A stretch of 64,000 nt of DNA. Origin: Bacteroidota bacterium. Its GTDB lineage: Bacteria; Bacteroidota; Bacteroidia; Chitinophagales; Saprospiraceae. Where the stretch lies: assembly GCA_038523965.1 (NCBI GenBank), contig JBCBIX010000001.1:2896-66895 (forward strand), given 5' to 3'. The translations under genes were made by a program, and so were the position numbers. Under the pieces are notes generated by a model, which was not told where the DNA came from, made no database searches, and saw only the letters and a program-made list of their open reading frames with translations. Below are positions 27,962 to 38,304 of this stretch, in pieces (positions within the stretch are counted from its first letter, which is position 1; each line of letters begins with the position of its first letter).

Positions 27962-28625
27962 CAATACCCGCCTTAATTGCAAATTTGACGATTCCAATCG
28001 TTGTTCGTACGCCAAGCTTGCGAAGGATGTTGTGTCGATGAGTACTGACCGTGCCCGCAGAAATCTGCAATGACTCGGCGATCTCAGCGCTTGATAGTTC
28101 CTGTGATAGGTACCGAATGATTTCTATTTCTCTACCTGTAAGTGACTTCAGCTTAGCCTGCGACACCGACGGTATCTCGTCGAGTTCATCGGTTTGAACC
28201 ATCAAAGCCTGGAGCGCTCCCTGCCCAAAGTATCTCTCACCCGCAGAGACAGTTCTGATCGCTTTGGTCAGTTCATGTCGATTAACCTTCTTCAAAACAT
28301 AACCAGAGGCTCCAGCTGCATAGGCATTTTGGATGTCTCGCGCATCTTCATTAACCGTTAGCATGAGCACCTTCAGATCAGGGTAAAGTTCTTTGACCTG
28401 ATGAGTTAGCTGAAGTCCATCGAGCCTCGGCATGTGATAGTCCATGAGTAGTAGATCTACTTTAGGATTAGCGGCTAAGGTCTCAATCACCATACTACTA
28501 TCCGTCACGGTAGTAACTACATCGATACCTTCCACCATATCCAAGAGCATCTCAAGGCTGTCCACGATCAGTTGCTGATCATCGATAATCATGATCCGGA
28601 TGGCTGGTTCGATGGAGCTTGACAT
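27954..28625 (-). CDS. response regulator, NarL/FixJ (LuxR) family
   Basis: I prefer the Met at 28625, which avoids overlap with fumC. Receiver domain (IRIMIIDDQQL ... DLLLMDYHMP ... KVLMLT) plus a LuxR HTH (LTGREIEIIRYLSQELSSAEIAESLQISAGTVSTHRHNILRKL). Confidence 0.88.
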   Translation of the reverse strand: MSSSIEPAIRIMIIDDQQLIVDSLEMLLDMVEGIDVVTTVTDSSMVIETLAANPKVDLLLMDYHMPRLDGLQLTHQVKELYPDLKVLMLTVNEDARDIQNAYAAGASGYVLKKVNRHELTKAIRTVSAGERYFGQGALQALMVQTDELDEIPSVSQAKLKSLTGREIEIIRYLSQELSSAEIAESLQISAGTVSTHRHNILRKLGVRTTIGIVKFAIKAGIVK

Positions 28626-28644
28626 GCTTCGGACAGGGTTGATT

Positions 28645-30027
28645 TCAAACCATGAGTTCAGGTCGAACCCAGTCATCGAATTCGGTGGCAGTCAGATACT
28701 GCAGGGAGATAGCTGCTTCCTTTAGAGTTGTTCCTTCGGTGTACGCCTTCTTCGCAATTTCGGCGGCCTTATCATATCCTATTTTAGTATTGAGCGCAGT
28801 TACGAGCATCAGACTGTTATCAAGATGTTCTTTGATACGCGCCTCATTGGGCACTAATCCGATGATGCATTTATAAGCGAAACTCATGCAGGCATCTCCG
28901 ATCAGACGAGCCGATTCTAAAAAGTTGTAGATCATCACTGGCTTGAAAACATTGAGCTCGAAGTGTCCTGTCATGCCACCAACATTGATGGTAACATCAT
29001 TTCCAATAACCTGAGCCATTGCCATGGTAAGCGCCTCTGCCTGTGTAGGATTTACCTTTCCTGGCATAATCGAAGATCCTGGCTCATTTGCAGGTATCAT
29101 GAGTTCCCCGATGCCACTCCGAGGTCCTGAGGCAAGCATTCGGATATCGTTTCCAATCTTCATTAGTGAAACTGCAGCAGTCTTTAGAGCGCCGTGACTT
29201 TCTACTATCGCATCATGTGCAGCGAGTCCCTCGAATTTGTTCGTTCCGGTCACGAATGGCAGCCCTGTCAACTCTGCTATTTTTTGTGCCACCATTTCAG
29301 CATATCCCTCAGGTGTATTTAGACCTGTACCTACTGCTGTACCTCCGAGTGCGATCTCACTGAGATGCGGGAGCGTGTTCTGTATAGCGCGAATGGCGTG
29401 ATCTAACTGAGACACATACCCCGACAGCTCTTGCCCCACGGTAACTGGCGTTGCATCCATGAAGTGCGTGCGACCGATCTTAACGACAGTGTTGTATTTT
29501 TTCGCCTTCTCGTCGAGCATATCACGGAGATGTTTGACACCGGGCAAAGTAGTCTCGACGAGCATCCGATAAGCTGCGATGTGCATTGCTGTAGGAAAGG
29601 TGTCGTTACTACTCTGTGACTTATTGACATGATCATTAGGATGCAAGACTTTCTGCACGTCGGTGAGCTGACCTCCCTGAAGCACATGACCGCGATTAGC
29701 GATAACCTCATTCACATTCATGTTCGACTGAGTACCACTACCAGTCTGCCAAACAACCAGCGGAAACTCTTCATCCAGTTTACCAGCGGTTATCTCATCA
29801 CAGACCTGTCCGATCAGCCTGGACTTCTCCTCCTCTAAAACTCCGAGTTCATGATTAGTTATGGCCGCAGCTTTCTTGAGGATAGCAAAGGCGCGTATGA
29901 CTTCCATGGGCATCTGATGCCAACCTATCTTAAAGTTCTCCGTACTACGCTGAGTCTGCGCAGCCCAGTATTTTTGTTGTGGCACATCGATATATCCGAT
30001 CGAATCTTTTTCCTTACGATGAGTCAT
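28645..30027 (-). CDS. fumC: class II fumarate hydratase
   Basis: [16 protein letters not shown] signature, [17 protein letters not shown], 460 aa. Confidence 0.95.
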   Translation of the reverse strand: MTHRKEKDSIGYIDVPQQKYWAAQTQRSTENFKIGWHQMPMEVIRAFAILKKAAAITNHELGVLEEEKSRLIGQVCDEITAGKLDEEFPLVVWQTGSGTQSNMNVNEVIANRGHVLQGGQLTDVQKVLHPNDHVNKSQSSNDTFPTAMHIAAYRMLVETTLPGVKHLRDMLDEKAKKYNTVVKIGRTHFMDATPVTVGQELSGYVSQLDHAIRAIQNTLPHLSEIALGGTAVGTGLNTPEGYAEMVAQKIAELTGLPFVTGTNKFEGLAAHDAIVESHGALKTAAVSLMKIGNDIRMLASGPRSGIGELMIPANEPGSSIMPGKVNPTQAEALTMAMAQVIGNDVTINVGGMTGHFELNVFKPVMIYNFLESARLIGDACMSFAYKCIIGLVPNEARIKEHLDNSLMLVTALNTKIGYDKAAEIAKKAYTEGTTLKEAAISLQYLTATEFDDWVRPELMV

Positions 30028-30146
30028 TGTGGCGATTTATGCGATGGTTTGAAGTTCGCTGACAAAAGTAAACTTCTTACTTCCGCTATCGTTCTCCTCT
30101 CAGAAGGCTATTACTTTACATTTTCAAACCAAATAAAGAAACGACC

Positions 30147-30755
30147 ATGGCTTTTACACTTCCAGAATTAGGTTATGCATATGATGCCTTAGAACCAGCA
30201 ATCGATGCAAGAACGATGGAGATCCATCATACAAAACACCACAACGGCTACACGAACAAATTGAACGCTGCCATCGAAGGCACAGATTTAGCGGACAAGA
30301 GCATTGAAGAGATTCTAACATCCCTTGATATGGCTAACGCAGCTGTGCGTAATAATGGAGGTGGATACTTCAACCACCGCCTCTTTTGGGAAGTCATCTC
30401 GCCAAACGATAGAGGAAGGCTGTCTGGAGACTTATCAGATGCCATTGATGCTGCTTATGGCTCAATGGATGGATTCAAAGAGGAGTTCGGGAAAGCTGCA
30501 AAAACAAGATTTGGATCTGGATGGGCTTGGCTGTGCGTTCTCGAAGGTGGCAAGGTAGAAGTCTGTAGCACTCCGAATCAAGACAATCCATTGATGCCTG
30601 GTGTCGGTTGCGAGGGTACTCCGATTTTGGGTCTGGATGTCTGGGAACATGCCTACTATCTCAATTATCAAAATCGTCGTCCAGATTATGTAGAGGCGTT
30701 CTTCAGCATCATCAATTGGAACGACGTTGAAAAGAAATATGCAGCGGGTATGTAG
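30147..30755 (+). CDS. Fe/Mn superoxide dismutase
   Basis: [34 protein letters not shown]. Confidence 0.95.
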   Translation: MAFTLPELGYAYDALEPAIDARTMEIHHTKHHNGYTNKLNAAIEGTDLADKSIEEILTSLDMANAAVRNNGGGYFNHRLFWEVISPNDRGRLSGDLSDAIDAAYGSMDGFKEEFGKAAKTRFGSGWAWLCVLEGGKVEVCSTPNQDNPLMPGVGCEGTPILGLDVWEHAYYLNYQNRRPDYVEAFFSIINWNDVEKKYAAGM

Positions 30756-30800
30756 ATCTCTATAAGACTACTTTTTATTCGCTAATATCAAGGACCTGAA

Positions 30801-30838
30801 CGAAGCCTGACAACATTTGTCGGGCTTCGTTATTTCTG
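30801..30838 (+). terminator. intrinsic terminator after the SOD gene
   Basis: 12-bp stem CGAAGCCTGACA / TGTCGGGCTTCG (one G-U pair), loop ACATT, then a T-rich tail TTATTTCT. Confidence 0.6.
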
Positions 30839-31024
30839 TACACCAGTTGAACAACAGCCAAGTCAGATTTTTTTAGTTTTTTGAGAATGCGCTCAGGCTA
30901 CTACTCACCATCATCACTTTGTGCCTTTTTTGGCGTCGCTACATGAGAGTGTCCACAGATCTGAGAAGATTTGTTGACTGCATCTTCTACTCACAGAGGA
31001 TTTTCATACGCTTCTGTTCTGTCC

Positions 31025-31055
31025 TTTCATTAATGGCTGATATAACCTACATTTG
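31025..31055 (+). promoter_or_regulatory. candidate Bacteroidota sigma-A promoter of rplU-rpmA (TTTC-N19-TACATTTG)
   Basis: TACATTTG at 31048-31055 matches TAnnTTTG. TTTC at 31025-31028 has the same spacing as the rpsT box. The rplU ATG is at 31089. Confidence 0.45.
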
Positions 31056-31088
31056 CGGCCCATTTAGAAATCGGATAGAGCTGATACC

Positions 31089-31400
31089 ATGTTTGCGATT
31101 GTAACTATAGCTGGCCAACAGTACAAAGTCGAAGAAGGTCAAGAGATTTTCGTTCATCACTTGAACAAAGAAGAAGGCGAGAAAGTATCCTTTGAAGATG
31201 TCCTCCTTATAGAGGATGGCAGCACGACCACAATAGGGGCACCTACCGTAGAGTCAGCATCTGTAGCTGCTACCGTGCTCAATGATCAAAAAGGTGATAA
31301 AGTCATCGTTTTCAAGAAAAAAAGAAGAAAAGGATACAAGGTCAAAAACGGACATCGTCAGCTATTTACTAAGATCAAAATCGACTCAATCAAAGCATAA
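31089..31400 (+). CDS. rplU: 50S ribosomal protein L21
   Basis: MFAIVTIAGQQYKVEEGQEIFVH ... KKRRKGYKVKNGHRQ. Confidence 0.95.
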   Translation: MFAIVTIAGQQYKVEEGQEIFVHHLNKEEGEKVSFEDVLLIEDGSTTTIGAPTVESASVAATVLNDQKGDKVIVFKKKRRKGYKVKNGHRQLFTKIKIDSIKA

Positions 31401-31403
31401 GTC

Positions 31404-31724
31404 ATGGCACACAAAAAAGGTGTAGGTAGTACGGATAACGGACGTGATAGTAAGAGTAAACGTCTCGGAGTCAAGTTGTTCGGAGGACAGTATGCAAAAG
31501 CGGGTAACATAATCGTCCGTCAAAGGGGCACTAAGTTCCACCCTGGACTGCATGTAGGTCTGGGTAAAGATTTTACGATATATGCCCTTGAGCACGGGAC
31601 GGTCTCTTTTACAAAAAAGAGAGATAACCGCACCTATGTCAACATCATTCCAGCAGAAGCGCCGGTGCAAGTCGAGACTACGGTCGGTGAAGCTGGTAGT
31701 CAAGTGTCGAACGAGAGCGAATAA
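31404..31724 (+). CDS. rpmA: 50S ribosomal protein L27 (with a roughly 20-aa acidic C-terminal extension)
   Basis: [24 protein letters not shown] ... [15 protein letters not shown]. At 106 aa it is longer than the usual length of about 85-90 aa. Confidence 0.95.
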   Translation: MAHKKGVGSTDNGRDSKSKRLGVKLFGGQYAKAGNIIVRQRGTKFHPGLHVGLGKDFTIYALEHGTVSFTKKRDNRTYVNIIPAEAPVQVETTVGEAGSQVSNESE

Positions 31725-31755
31725 GTACCCTTCGCACTGAATAAGATTTAAAAGG

Positions 31756-31784
31756 AGGTCATCAAATTTTGGTGACCTTTTTTA
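31756..31784 (+). terminator. bidirectional hairpin terminator after rpmA, overlapping the stop of the convergent gene
   Basis: AGGTCATC / GGTGACCT stem followed by TTTTTTATTT. A-rich sequence on the other side could serve the minus-strand gene. Confidence 0.6.
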
Positions 31785-32514
31785 TTTGTACGTAGCCCTG
31801 GTCACGGTTTCGCAGTCTGACCTTATACCATACACCAATCACATCCTCTATCCACACCTTGTTCCCTTCAGAGAGATCGCTAACAACCGGACTTAGATGA
31901 TCCGGTGCTGTTAGCAGCATGGTGTCCGGCTCCATCACAATCCCTGTGCTGGAAAGCTTGCGTATCGATCGAGACGAAAACGACATTACCAAAAAAAGGA
32001 GACACATAACTGCAGTGGCATATAGCCATGGTTGTCCGGACCTCTTAGGACTTTTCACCATCCACTGCATGTAGAGTATGTATAGAAAACCAGCACCAAA
32101 AAATAGCTGTCCAATACTCCAAAACCACGATGGCATACTTAGCACTACACTCCGAAACACGGTGATCAGTATAAAGTCAGGAACTTCTGGAATTCGTACC
32201 TCCAACTCTCGCGTCAAATCCTCGATCGCCTGTGAAATTGACGCATCACTTGGGCGAATTCGCTGTGCACGCTCATAGTGAAGAATTGCTTTTGGGAGAT
32301 CTCCTTCCTCATAGTAAAGCCGACCGAGATTGGACTGAAGAGATCCAGATGAATACCCTTCAGCGACCACACCTTCGTATATCTCGATAACCTCAGAGAC
32401 TCTCCCTTCTTCTAATAGTATCTGTACATTGGCCAGCTGATCTACTTGGGCTGTAACGGGTGCCGAGTGACCCATTACCCCTATGAACATGATAATCCAA
32501 AGTCTATTCATCAT
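31762..32514 (-). CDS. BatE-like TPR / SH3 membrane protein
   Basis: I prefer the Met at 32514 (signal MMNRLWIIMFIGVMGHSAPVTAQ). It has TPR repeats, two or three TM helices, and a C-terminal SH3-like domain (GNKVWIEDVIGVWYKVRLRNRDQGYVQIKKV). Confidence 0.6.
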   Translation of the reverse strand: MMNRLWIIMFIGVMGHSAPVTAQVDQLANVQILLEEGRVSEVIEIYEGVVAEGYSSGSLQSNLGRLYYEEGDLPKAILHYERAQRIRPSDASISQAIEDLTRELEVRIPEVPDFILITVFRSVVLSMPSWFWSIGQLFFGAGFLYILYMQWMVKSPKRSGQPWLYATAVMCLLFLVMSFSSRSIRKLSSTGIVMEPDTMLLTAPDHLSPVVSDLSEGNKVWIEDVIGVWYKVRLRNRDQGYVQIKKVTKI

Positions 32515-34342
32515 AGGGCTGCAATTGTGGAGTCGAATCCATGATACGAGCAAAGGAGCCCTTTGTCGGGCGTTCTGTGATGCGCCATTCGTAACCTTCT
32601 AAATAATATCGACTGATATCCATTCCCAGGGTGTAGGTATAAATGTTTGATTCTTGATTTCCATCCATGCGAACACTCTCGATATCGGCATTGTCAAATG
32701 TGAAAACCATACTACTTGAAGTAGTACGGTTGACGGCCTCGTATTTACCATCTTTCATGACTAAAAAACATAACTCGACATTGCGTTCTGCAAAGGTTGA
32801 GTCAATCTTACCATTGGAAATACGATTTGAGATGTGTTTGCACTTGATTTGATTGAGATTGCCCTGCTCGTCAGGCGACAGAATGAATGCGTTACTTGAC
32901 TGATCGATACGTTTAACTGATCCACCGGATATGTACATGGTGATGGTATCAGCTGAGAGTTGTATCGAGTCCGACCACAAAACAGGACTACCGATCATGA
33001 TAATCATAGAGTCTGAGATGGAGTAGTCAAAAAGATCCGCTCTGCCAGACACATTGCCGCTGTAGAGGGTCACATCGTTTAGAGCTCGGTAGAACTCCCC
33101 TATTGTATCCTGTTCCGTTATAGTGCTATCCCGTTGGAGCAAGGTGTCTGCTCTAATAGAGAGTGTATCCTCTGTGAGCACATATTGCATAAGAGGTTGG
33201 CCATTGACAGAGTAGATCTGGGTCCCCTGATCATGAGATATGGCATAATCACTGTAGATGTTGGTCTTTCCACTGTCTTCTCTTATGGAAACCTGTCCCT
33301 GGAGCACAGTGGCACCAGAGTCGTCAATGAAAACATCATTCGCACTCATGTCTGTGTCTCCACTGTGGATATTTGCTCGTCCCTTAGTGGCATAGTCCTC
33401 TGTGCTAAGATTATATCTGATAAATGGAGCATCAACTACGTCTTGGTTTCCAACATAGCTGGCATGCCCTATGAGTTCAACAACATCTTCATCCCTGTAG
33501 TAGATCATCGTATCCGCTGTCGCAATACCATCAGAAAGGATAGCCTTGGGTTGCACCCAAAACTGATAGGAGTTTTTGATTCCATCAAAGGCGAGTATAC
33601 CAGATGTTATGAGCTCATTCTGTGTTTTGACCTGCACATCACCGCTGAGTACCCCCTGCTCTATTTTCATTCTGATCACTCCACTCTGCGCGTAAATCTC
33701 TACGGAATCGCGAGAGATACGTGACGGACTCACCAGATTGATCTGATCCGCATCAGTATAGTACACGATACTGTCCGTGTATACGGTCATTGATGTATCC
33801 CTATAGTCGACGTTACCCGATAGTTCCGCTGTCTTTGTAATCGTGTTGTAGTAGCCATATTGGCTCGTCACTACCTGGTCTCTTTGTGTCAATGTCCCTC
33901 CTGACCGGTAGATCGCCTCGCGACTTGGGATATAGTATTCTAATTCTTGTGTATAGACATTACGCTCTCCTTCTTGTAGGATGACTCGGCTGGTTAGTAT
34001 GGCTGTTTCCTCAGCACCATCGTACAGCAGTGTGTCCGAAAAAATCAGGATACTATCGCGATGTATGATCACAACTTCTTCATATGCTTCAGCGAATGTT
34101 TTGTCCTCTACTACGGCTCTGTCACAGAACATGTACAGACTATCCTGAATCAATTGTACCCTACCCCAAAGAGTATCCCATTCTGTCGTCCCATCGGTAT
34201 AGTAGCTGACCTCATCCGCGATTGTTGTGAGATAGGTAATACTATCAGAATCATTCGAACCTCTATCTAAAGATGGTACCTGTCCACATAAAATCCCTTG
34301 GGCAGCTACGAACATTACTGTTGTCCAGTTGATACGTATCAT
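32504..34342 (-). CDS. OstA/LptD-N-like repeat protein (large periplasmic/outer-membrane beta protein)
   Basis: I prefer the Met at 34342 (MIRINWTTVMFVAAQGILCGQ, ATGA overlap with the upstream gene stop). The ORF-track start at 34510 would overlap the oxidoreductase by 170 nt. The protein has long degenerate beta-repeats with recurring D-T/S-x-x-Y motifs, like Bacteroidota OstA-like proteins. Confidence 0.55.
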   Translation of the reverse strand: MIRINWTTVMFVAAQGILCGQVPSLDRGSNDSDSITYLTTIADEVSYYTDGTTEWDTLWGRVQLIQDSLYMFCDRAVVEDKTFAEAYEEVVIIHRDSILIFSDTLLYDGAEETAILTSRVILQEGERNVYTQELEYYIPSREAIYRSGGTLTQRDQVVTSQYGYYNTITKTAELSGNVDYRDTSMTVYTDSIVYYTDADQINLVSPSRISRDSVEIYAQSGVIRMKIEQGVLSGDVQVKTQNELITSGILAFDGIKNSYQFWVQPKAILSDGIATADTMIYYRDEDVVELIGHASYVGNQDVVDAPFIRYNLSTEDYATKGRANIHSGDTDMSANDVFIDDSGATVLQGQVSIREDSGKTNIYSDYAISHDQGTQIYSVNGQPLMQYVLTEDTLSIRADTLLQRDSTITEQDTIGEFYRALNDVTLYSGNVSGRADLFDYSISDSMIIMIGSPVLWSDSIQLSADTITMYISGGSVKRIDQSSNAFILSPDEQGNLNQIKCKHISNRISNGKIDSTFAERNVELCFLVMKDGKYEAVNRTTSSSMVFTFDNADIESVRMDGNQESNIYTYTLGMDISRYYLEGYEWRITERPTKGSFARIMDSTPQLQPYDE

Positions 34343-35457
34343 CTCGTCGCGTTTAACGAACCAGATAACAGCAGCGATGCTGCGTTTCGCCCAATTAACG
34401 ATCCAATAGCAACTCCCATACCCGCAAGTCTTACGGCCACGTAGTACCCAGGTCGTTGTTCTTTTACGATAGGCAGTCGGTGATCCCCTCCGGACAGGAT
34501 ACCACTCCAACGCTTAGAAATCGTGAACGAATGGCCTGGCAGAATTACATCACGGAGAAGTTGCTCGAGATAGTTTTGATTATCTGGATTCAGTTCCAGA
34601 AGATGAGATTGCTCTGACTTATGTAAATGTCTACCCCCTCCAATGAGAACTCGATCACCCACATTTCGAAAGTAGATGTATCCACCATCAAGATGATACG
34701 TTCCTCTGAGCTGGAGATTACTCATAGGATCTGTCATCATGACCTGATTACGGACTGCAACAACTGCAAGTTCGGGATCCAACCGTGATGCGAGGGCATT
34801 GGTGGTGTTTAGCAACAGCGGAGATCGAAAGCTGCCATGATCAGTAGTGACCTCATAACAACGACGACCATCAGTAATCTCAACGACATTCACCCCTGTG
34901 AGTAGTTCAACTCCTGATCGGAGAGCCTCACGCTGTAATAACCGATGATATTTGGATGGATGGAGCTGTCCTTCAATACGATTATGAATGCATCTCTGGT
35001 AAAGCCTGGAGGTTAGGCGTTGCTCAGCTTCAAAGAAGATATCGGCACCCATCATCTCGTTGACCTCGGCTATACGTGCCCGAGCTAACTCAAAAGTCTC
35101 CTCATCTCGAAATACTTCTGTACCTCCGTATCTCATGAAGTCGATCGAAGACCCAAAATCCGCAAGTGCTTCGAGACCTTGCCTCCGCATCTGTACCTGC
35201 GATAGTACAGCGTCGTACCCATATCGATCAAGATCTGCTGCGATCTCCGATACACTGCCAAAGCAGGCAAAACCAGCATTGCGAGTGGAGGCTGTCGAGC
35301 CAATGGGATGCCGCTCCACCAGAACCACTCTCCAACTGGGACAGGCTATGGCGATCTCTCGAGCGGCCGTAAGTCCAACGATTCCACCACCGATGATAAG
35401 CACCTCAATAGATCCGAAGTGCATATCAGAATCCCAATAACTAAGTTCTGACGCCAT
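34339..35457 (-). CDS. FAD-dependent oxidoreductase (DAO family)
   Basis: N-terminal dinucleotide fold VLIIGGGIVGLTAAREIA ... VVLVERH. Length and C-terminal GMGVAIG are typical of DAO-family enzymes. Confidence 0.85.
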   Translation of the reverse strand: MASELSYWDSDMHFGSIEVLIIGGGIVGLTAAREIAIACPSWRVVLVERHPIGSTASTRNAGFACFGSVSEIAADLDRYGYDAVLSQVQMRRQGLEALADFGSSIDFMRYGGTEVFRDEETFELARARIAEVNEMMGADIFFEAEQRLTSRLYQRCIHNRIEGQLHPSKYHRLLQREALRSGVELLTGVNVVEITDGRRCYEVTTDHGSFRSPLLLNTTNALASRLDPELAVVAVRNQVMMTDPMSNLQLRGTYHLDGGYIYFRNVGDRVLIGGGRHLHKSEQSHLLELNPDNQNYLEQLLRDVILPGHSFTISKRWSGILSGGDHRLPIVKEQRPGYYVAVRLAGMGVAIGSLIGRNAASLLLSGSLNATR

Positions 35458-35512
35458 GAGTATAGATCGCAGGTGATGACCTTATGCGTAGATTTGTCAA
35501 AAATAAGAGGAT

Positions 35513-35947
35513 ATGATCCAGCGGATTCAAACGCTTTTTTTCTTACTCGCAGCGATCGGTTTTGGAGTTCTATTCTTCCTCCCGTTTGCAACAAGTGACG
35601 TAGCTATCAATGGCCTTTTTGAGGACAGTATCTACCAAATTGGAGATCACATCGCTCTTCAGCTTATAACCGCTCTGGGAGTTCTTCTTTCTGTCTTAGC
35701 CATATTCATGTACAGGCATCGCTCTAATCAAATCAAGACAGGAATCGGAGCAACGACGATGGCGATCCTACTTCCTATCGTCGCCGTTCTTATCTATATG
35801 AATGATCCAGTGACCAGTTCAGATACAACTATCGAAGACCACGCTGGGCTGTATGTACCAATTGTCGTCGTTGTCTGTGCGCTGCTGGCCGTAAGATTCG
35901 TGCGTAAGGATGATAAGCTCGTCAAAAGCATGGACAGATTACGATAA
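35513..35947 (+). CDS. DUF4293-like integral membrane protein
   Basis: MIQRIQTLFFLLAAIGFGVLFFLPFA start and four TM helices. This pattern is common in Bacteroidota. Confidence 0.65.
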   Translation: MIQRIQTLFFLLAAIGFGVLFFLPFATSDVAINGLFEDSIYQIGDHIALQLITALGVLLSVLAIFMYRHRSNQIKTGIGATTMAILLPIVAVLIYMNDPVTSSDTTIEDHAGLYVPIVVVVCALLAVRFVRKDDKLVKSMDRLR

Positions 35948-35956
35948 AGCAAAAAT

Positions 35957-35982
35957 GGCCATCAATCTTTCGATTGATAGCC
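35957..35982 (-). terminator. hairpin terminator after the ExbD operon
   Basis: GGCCATCAATC / GATTGATAGCC (one mismatch), followed on the minus strand by ATTTTTGCTTT. Confidence 0.5.
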
Positions 35983-36007
35983 AATTAACTTCTTTATTGA
36001 ATCTCCC

Positions 36008-36478
36008 TTAAAGATCAGCTCTCTTCTTAGCAGAGTAGTTCACCTTTAATTGTCCTGCCTTGCGAAGAGCCGTTTTCACATCTGACACTATACCCATTGT
36101 TACTTGCTTATCAACTTTGAGTGAAGAAGTAACTTGACCTCTTTGGTTCTCTGGAAGTGTTACTCTATGCTTCTCTAAGAAAAGCGGGATGTCGGATAGA
36201 TTGGCAAATTTATCTCCGAGTTGTAACCGTGGTTTCGTTCCTGCCACTGCTTGGAATTCAGCGGTCGGTTTACCGATAAACAGATAATTCACGAGTGACT
36301 TCTTCTCGAGCTTAGTCAGCTCAGTAGCAGACGGAGTGGTAACAGCCACCTTAAGAGAAGCGTCTCTAAGCACCGTTACAACCATGAAGAAAAACAACAA
36401 CATGAAGATGATATCTGGTAGCGACGCTGTTGATATCGCGGGATTTGACTTCCCTCTCTTTTTGCTAAACTTGGCCAT
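36008..36478 (-). CDS. exbD: biopolymer transporter ExbD
   Basis: N-terminal TM helix LPDIIFMLLFFFMVV plus the ExbD periplasmic domain. Confidence 0.85.
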   Translation of the reverse strand: MAKFSKKRGKSNPAISTASLPDIIFMLLFFFMVVTVLRDASLKVAVTTPSATELTKLEKKSLVNYLFIGKPTAEFQAVAGTKPRLQLGDKFANLSDIPLFLEKHRVTLPENQRGQVTSSLKVDKQVTMGIVSDVKTALRKAGQLKVNYSAKKRADL

Positions 36479-36487
36479 TTTGTTAGT

Positions 36488-37039
36488 TTATTCTTCTCCA
36501 AATGATGTAGGCTCCGCTTCAGATAGTTTCATCGGAATTGCCTCGTTAACCTTCTTCTTCTGATCTCTCTCCAGAAACTCGTAGAGCTTGCCAAACTGTC
36601 GTTCTGATTCTTCATTACGCAATTCGTTGTAGGCTGCCTTAACTTCATTGTACACCTCGAGATATGTCTCGTAGTTAGTACCTCGGTCATTCTTCAAAGA
36701 GACAATGGCGTCATTAGGTGTTTCCGAATAATCATCTCTTTTATTAGGGTTAAGGATGAATTCCTTGACTCCCTCTCTTAGGCCAGCTAATTCTTTAGGT
36801 TCGCCCCTTACGAGAAGATCATTGTTAGCATTAACAAGGATGCTGTACACATTTCTGGTCTTGAATTTAAGTGTCGGCGGCGGCTCCTCTGACCATGGTG
36901 GGAGACGAACGAGAACACCTTTATCCTCGGCGATCGTAGTCGTCACCAAGAAAAATATGAGCAGCAAAAATGCAATGTCGGCCATTGACCCTGCATTGAT
37001 CTCATTGCTCATCCGATCCTTGACGCTTTTTTTAGCCAT
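36488..37039 (-). CDS. exbD: biopolymer transporter ExbD (second paralog)
   Basis: INAGSMADIAFLLLIFFLVTT TM helix plus the ExbD domain. Its start overlaps the upstream gene stop (TAATG). Confidence 0.85.
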   Translation of the reverse strand: MAKKSVKDRMSNEINAGSMADIAFLLLIFFLVTTTIAEDKGVLVRLPPWSEEPPPTLKFKTRNVYSILVNANNDLLVRGEPKELAGLREGVKEFILNPNKRDDYSETPNDAIVSLKNDRGTNYETYLEVYNEVKAAYNELRNEESERQFGKLYEFLERDQKKKVNEAIPMKLSEAEPTSFGEE

Positions 37040-37536
37040 TACTTGAAGATGTTATAGATCTCTAATAATACTCCTGACACTAATGCCAAGCCCGCTAAGA
37101 TCAATGTCGTGAACAACCCTCCGGTGATCAGCTTGGAGACATTATCTGAGATATTGAATTCTTGCAGTGTTGGGCCGATAACGCTATTCGCATCTGTATC
37201 AGCAGAGCTGTATATCGCAAAGAATACGATGGCAATTACTGCCAGGGCAATCAACCACTTTAACGAGCCTTTGATGTTAGTCACGAGCTGCCAGATTCCA
37301 AAAAGTAGTGCAGCTACTACGGCAATTACGATTAGTGCAAGAGTCAATTGTAGTCCGAGGTCAAAGAAGCCAAACTTCTGCTCAGGATTATTTTTTAACA
37401 CTGCGACCAAGTCGTCAGAGGCGCTATAACCATTCGAGCTAAGACCACCAAGTACAGTGATGAGGTAGATTGCTGATACCGCCACACCAAGAAGGATGGC
37501 GAACAACTGTCCTCTTTTTGATAATAATTGATACAT
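37039..37536 (-). CDS. hypothetical 4-TM membrane protein embedded in the ExbB-ExbD operon
   Basis: Four clear hydrophobic helices. I recognise no family motif. It is translationally coupled to the downstream exbD. Confidence 0.65.
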   Translation of the reverse strand: MYQLLSKRGQLFAILLGVAVSAIYLITVLGGLSSNGYSASDDLVAVLKNNPEQKFGFFDLGLQLTLALIVIAVVAALLFGIWQLVTNIKGSLKWLIALAVIAIVFFAIYSSADTDANSVIGPTLQEFNISDNVSKLITGGLFTTLILAGLALVSGVLLEIYNIFK

Positions 37537-37575
37537 ATCAGATCAATTTTAGATGATTGAAAAATATATGATCAA

Positions 37576-38304
37576 TTACTTGAACACGTTATTGCGACCC
37601 ATAATCTCTACAAGACCGATTGATGATTCTTCCATCTTGTTAACGATTCCGTCGATTTTGGCAACGATATAGTTGTAAAATATTTGCAGAATGATGGCCA
37701 CAATAAGACCAAATACAGTCGTAAGAAGGGCAATCTTGATACCACCTGCAACGACTGACGGAGAAAGATCACCAACAGTTTCAATTCGGTTAAAGGCTTC
37801 AATCATACCTAATACTGTTCCCATAAACCCAAGCATCGGGGCAATAGCGATGAATAGAGATATCCATACTAAGCCTTTCTCCAAAAGACCCATCTGCACA
37901 GATCCGTACGATACGATAGCTTTCTCGACACCGTCGGGGCCATCAGATGCATTTCGTAGACCTTCATAGAGCACAGAAGCGGTTGGGCCAGGAGTAGACT
38001 TCGCTACTTCCATTGCACCATTGATGTCTCCAGCTGCAAGACTTTCGTCAATTCGACTGAGGAGTTTATCCGTATTGGTGGTCGCAATATTAAGAGTGAT
38101 AATACGCTCGATACAAAATGCCAATCCGAGGATAAGGCAAATCAATACCAGGCTCATGAATATCCATCCACCTTCGATGAATTTCTCTTTGATCGATTGG
38201 AATCCAGTGGCTGTAGCTTGTCCGCCGTCTTGGGCCACAAGATCAATAGCGCCAAAAAGAGAGGCCCCTATCAGTACTATTGCCAGAGCAATTACTTTTC
38301 GCAT
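37576..38304 (-). CDS. exbB: MotA/TolQ/ExbB proton channel family protein
   Basis: APMLGFMGTVLGMIEAF and ALLTTVFGLIVAI motifs, three TM helices and a signal-like N-terminus. Confidence 0.9.
   Translation of the reverse strand: MRKVIALAIVLIGASLFGAIDLVAQDGGQATATGFQSIKEKFIEGGWIFMSLVLICLILGLAFCIERIITLNIATTNTDKLLSRIDESLAAGDINGAMEVAKSTPGPTASVLYEGLRNASDGPDGVEKAIVSYGSVQMGLLEKGLVWISLFIAIAPMLGFMGTVLGMIEAFNRIETVGDLSPSVVAGGIKIALLTTVFGLIVAIILQIFYNYIVAKIDGIVNKMEESSIGLVEIMGRNNVFK

Noticed and set aside
30919-31104. 61-aa ORF upstream of and overlapping the rplU start.
   Set aside because: It overlaps the predicted rplU promoter and start codon. It is Cys/Arg/Phe-rich with no motifs, so it is most likely a chance ORF in leader DNA.
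33134-33724. 196-aa plus-strand ORF.
   Set aside because: It is antisense to the long OstA-like gene. It has no motifs and no plausible promoter or terminator context.
34343-34510. N-terminal 56-codon extension of the OstA-like ORF as listed in the ORF track (start 34510).
   Set aside because: The extension would overlap the 3' end of the FAD oxidoreductase gene by about 170 nt and encodes an R/K/W-rich non-signal sequence. The internal Met at 34342 gives a proper signal peptide and an ATGA stop/start junction.
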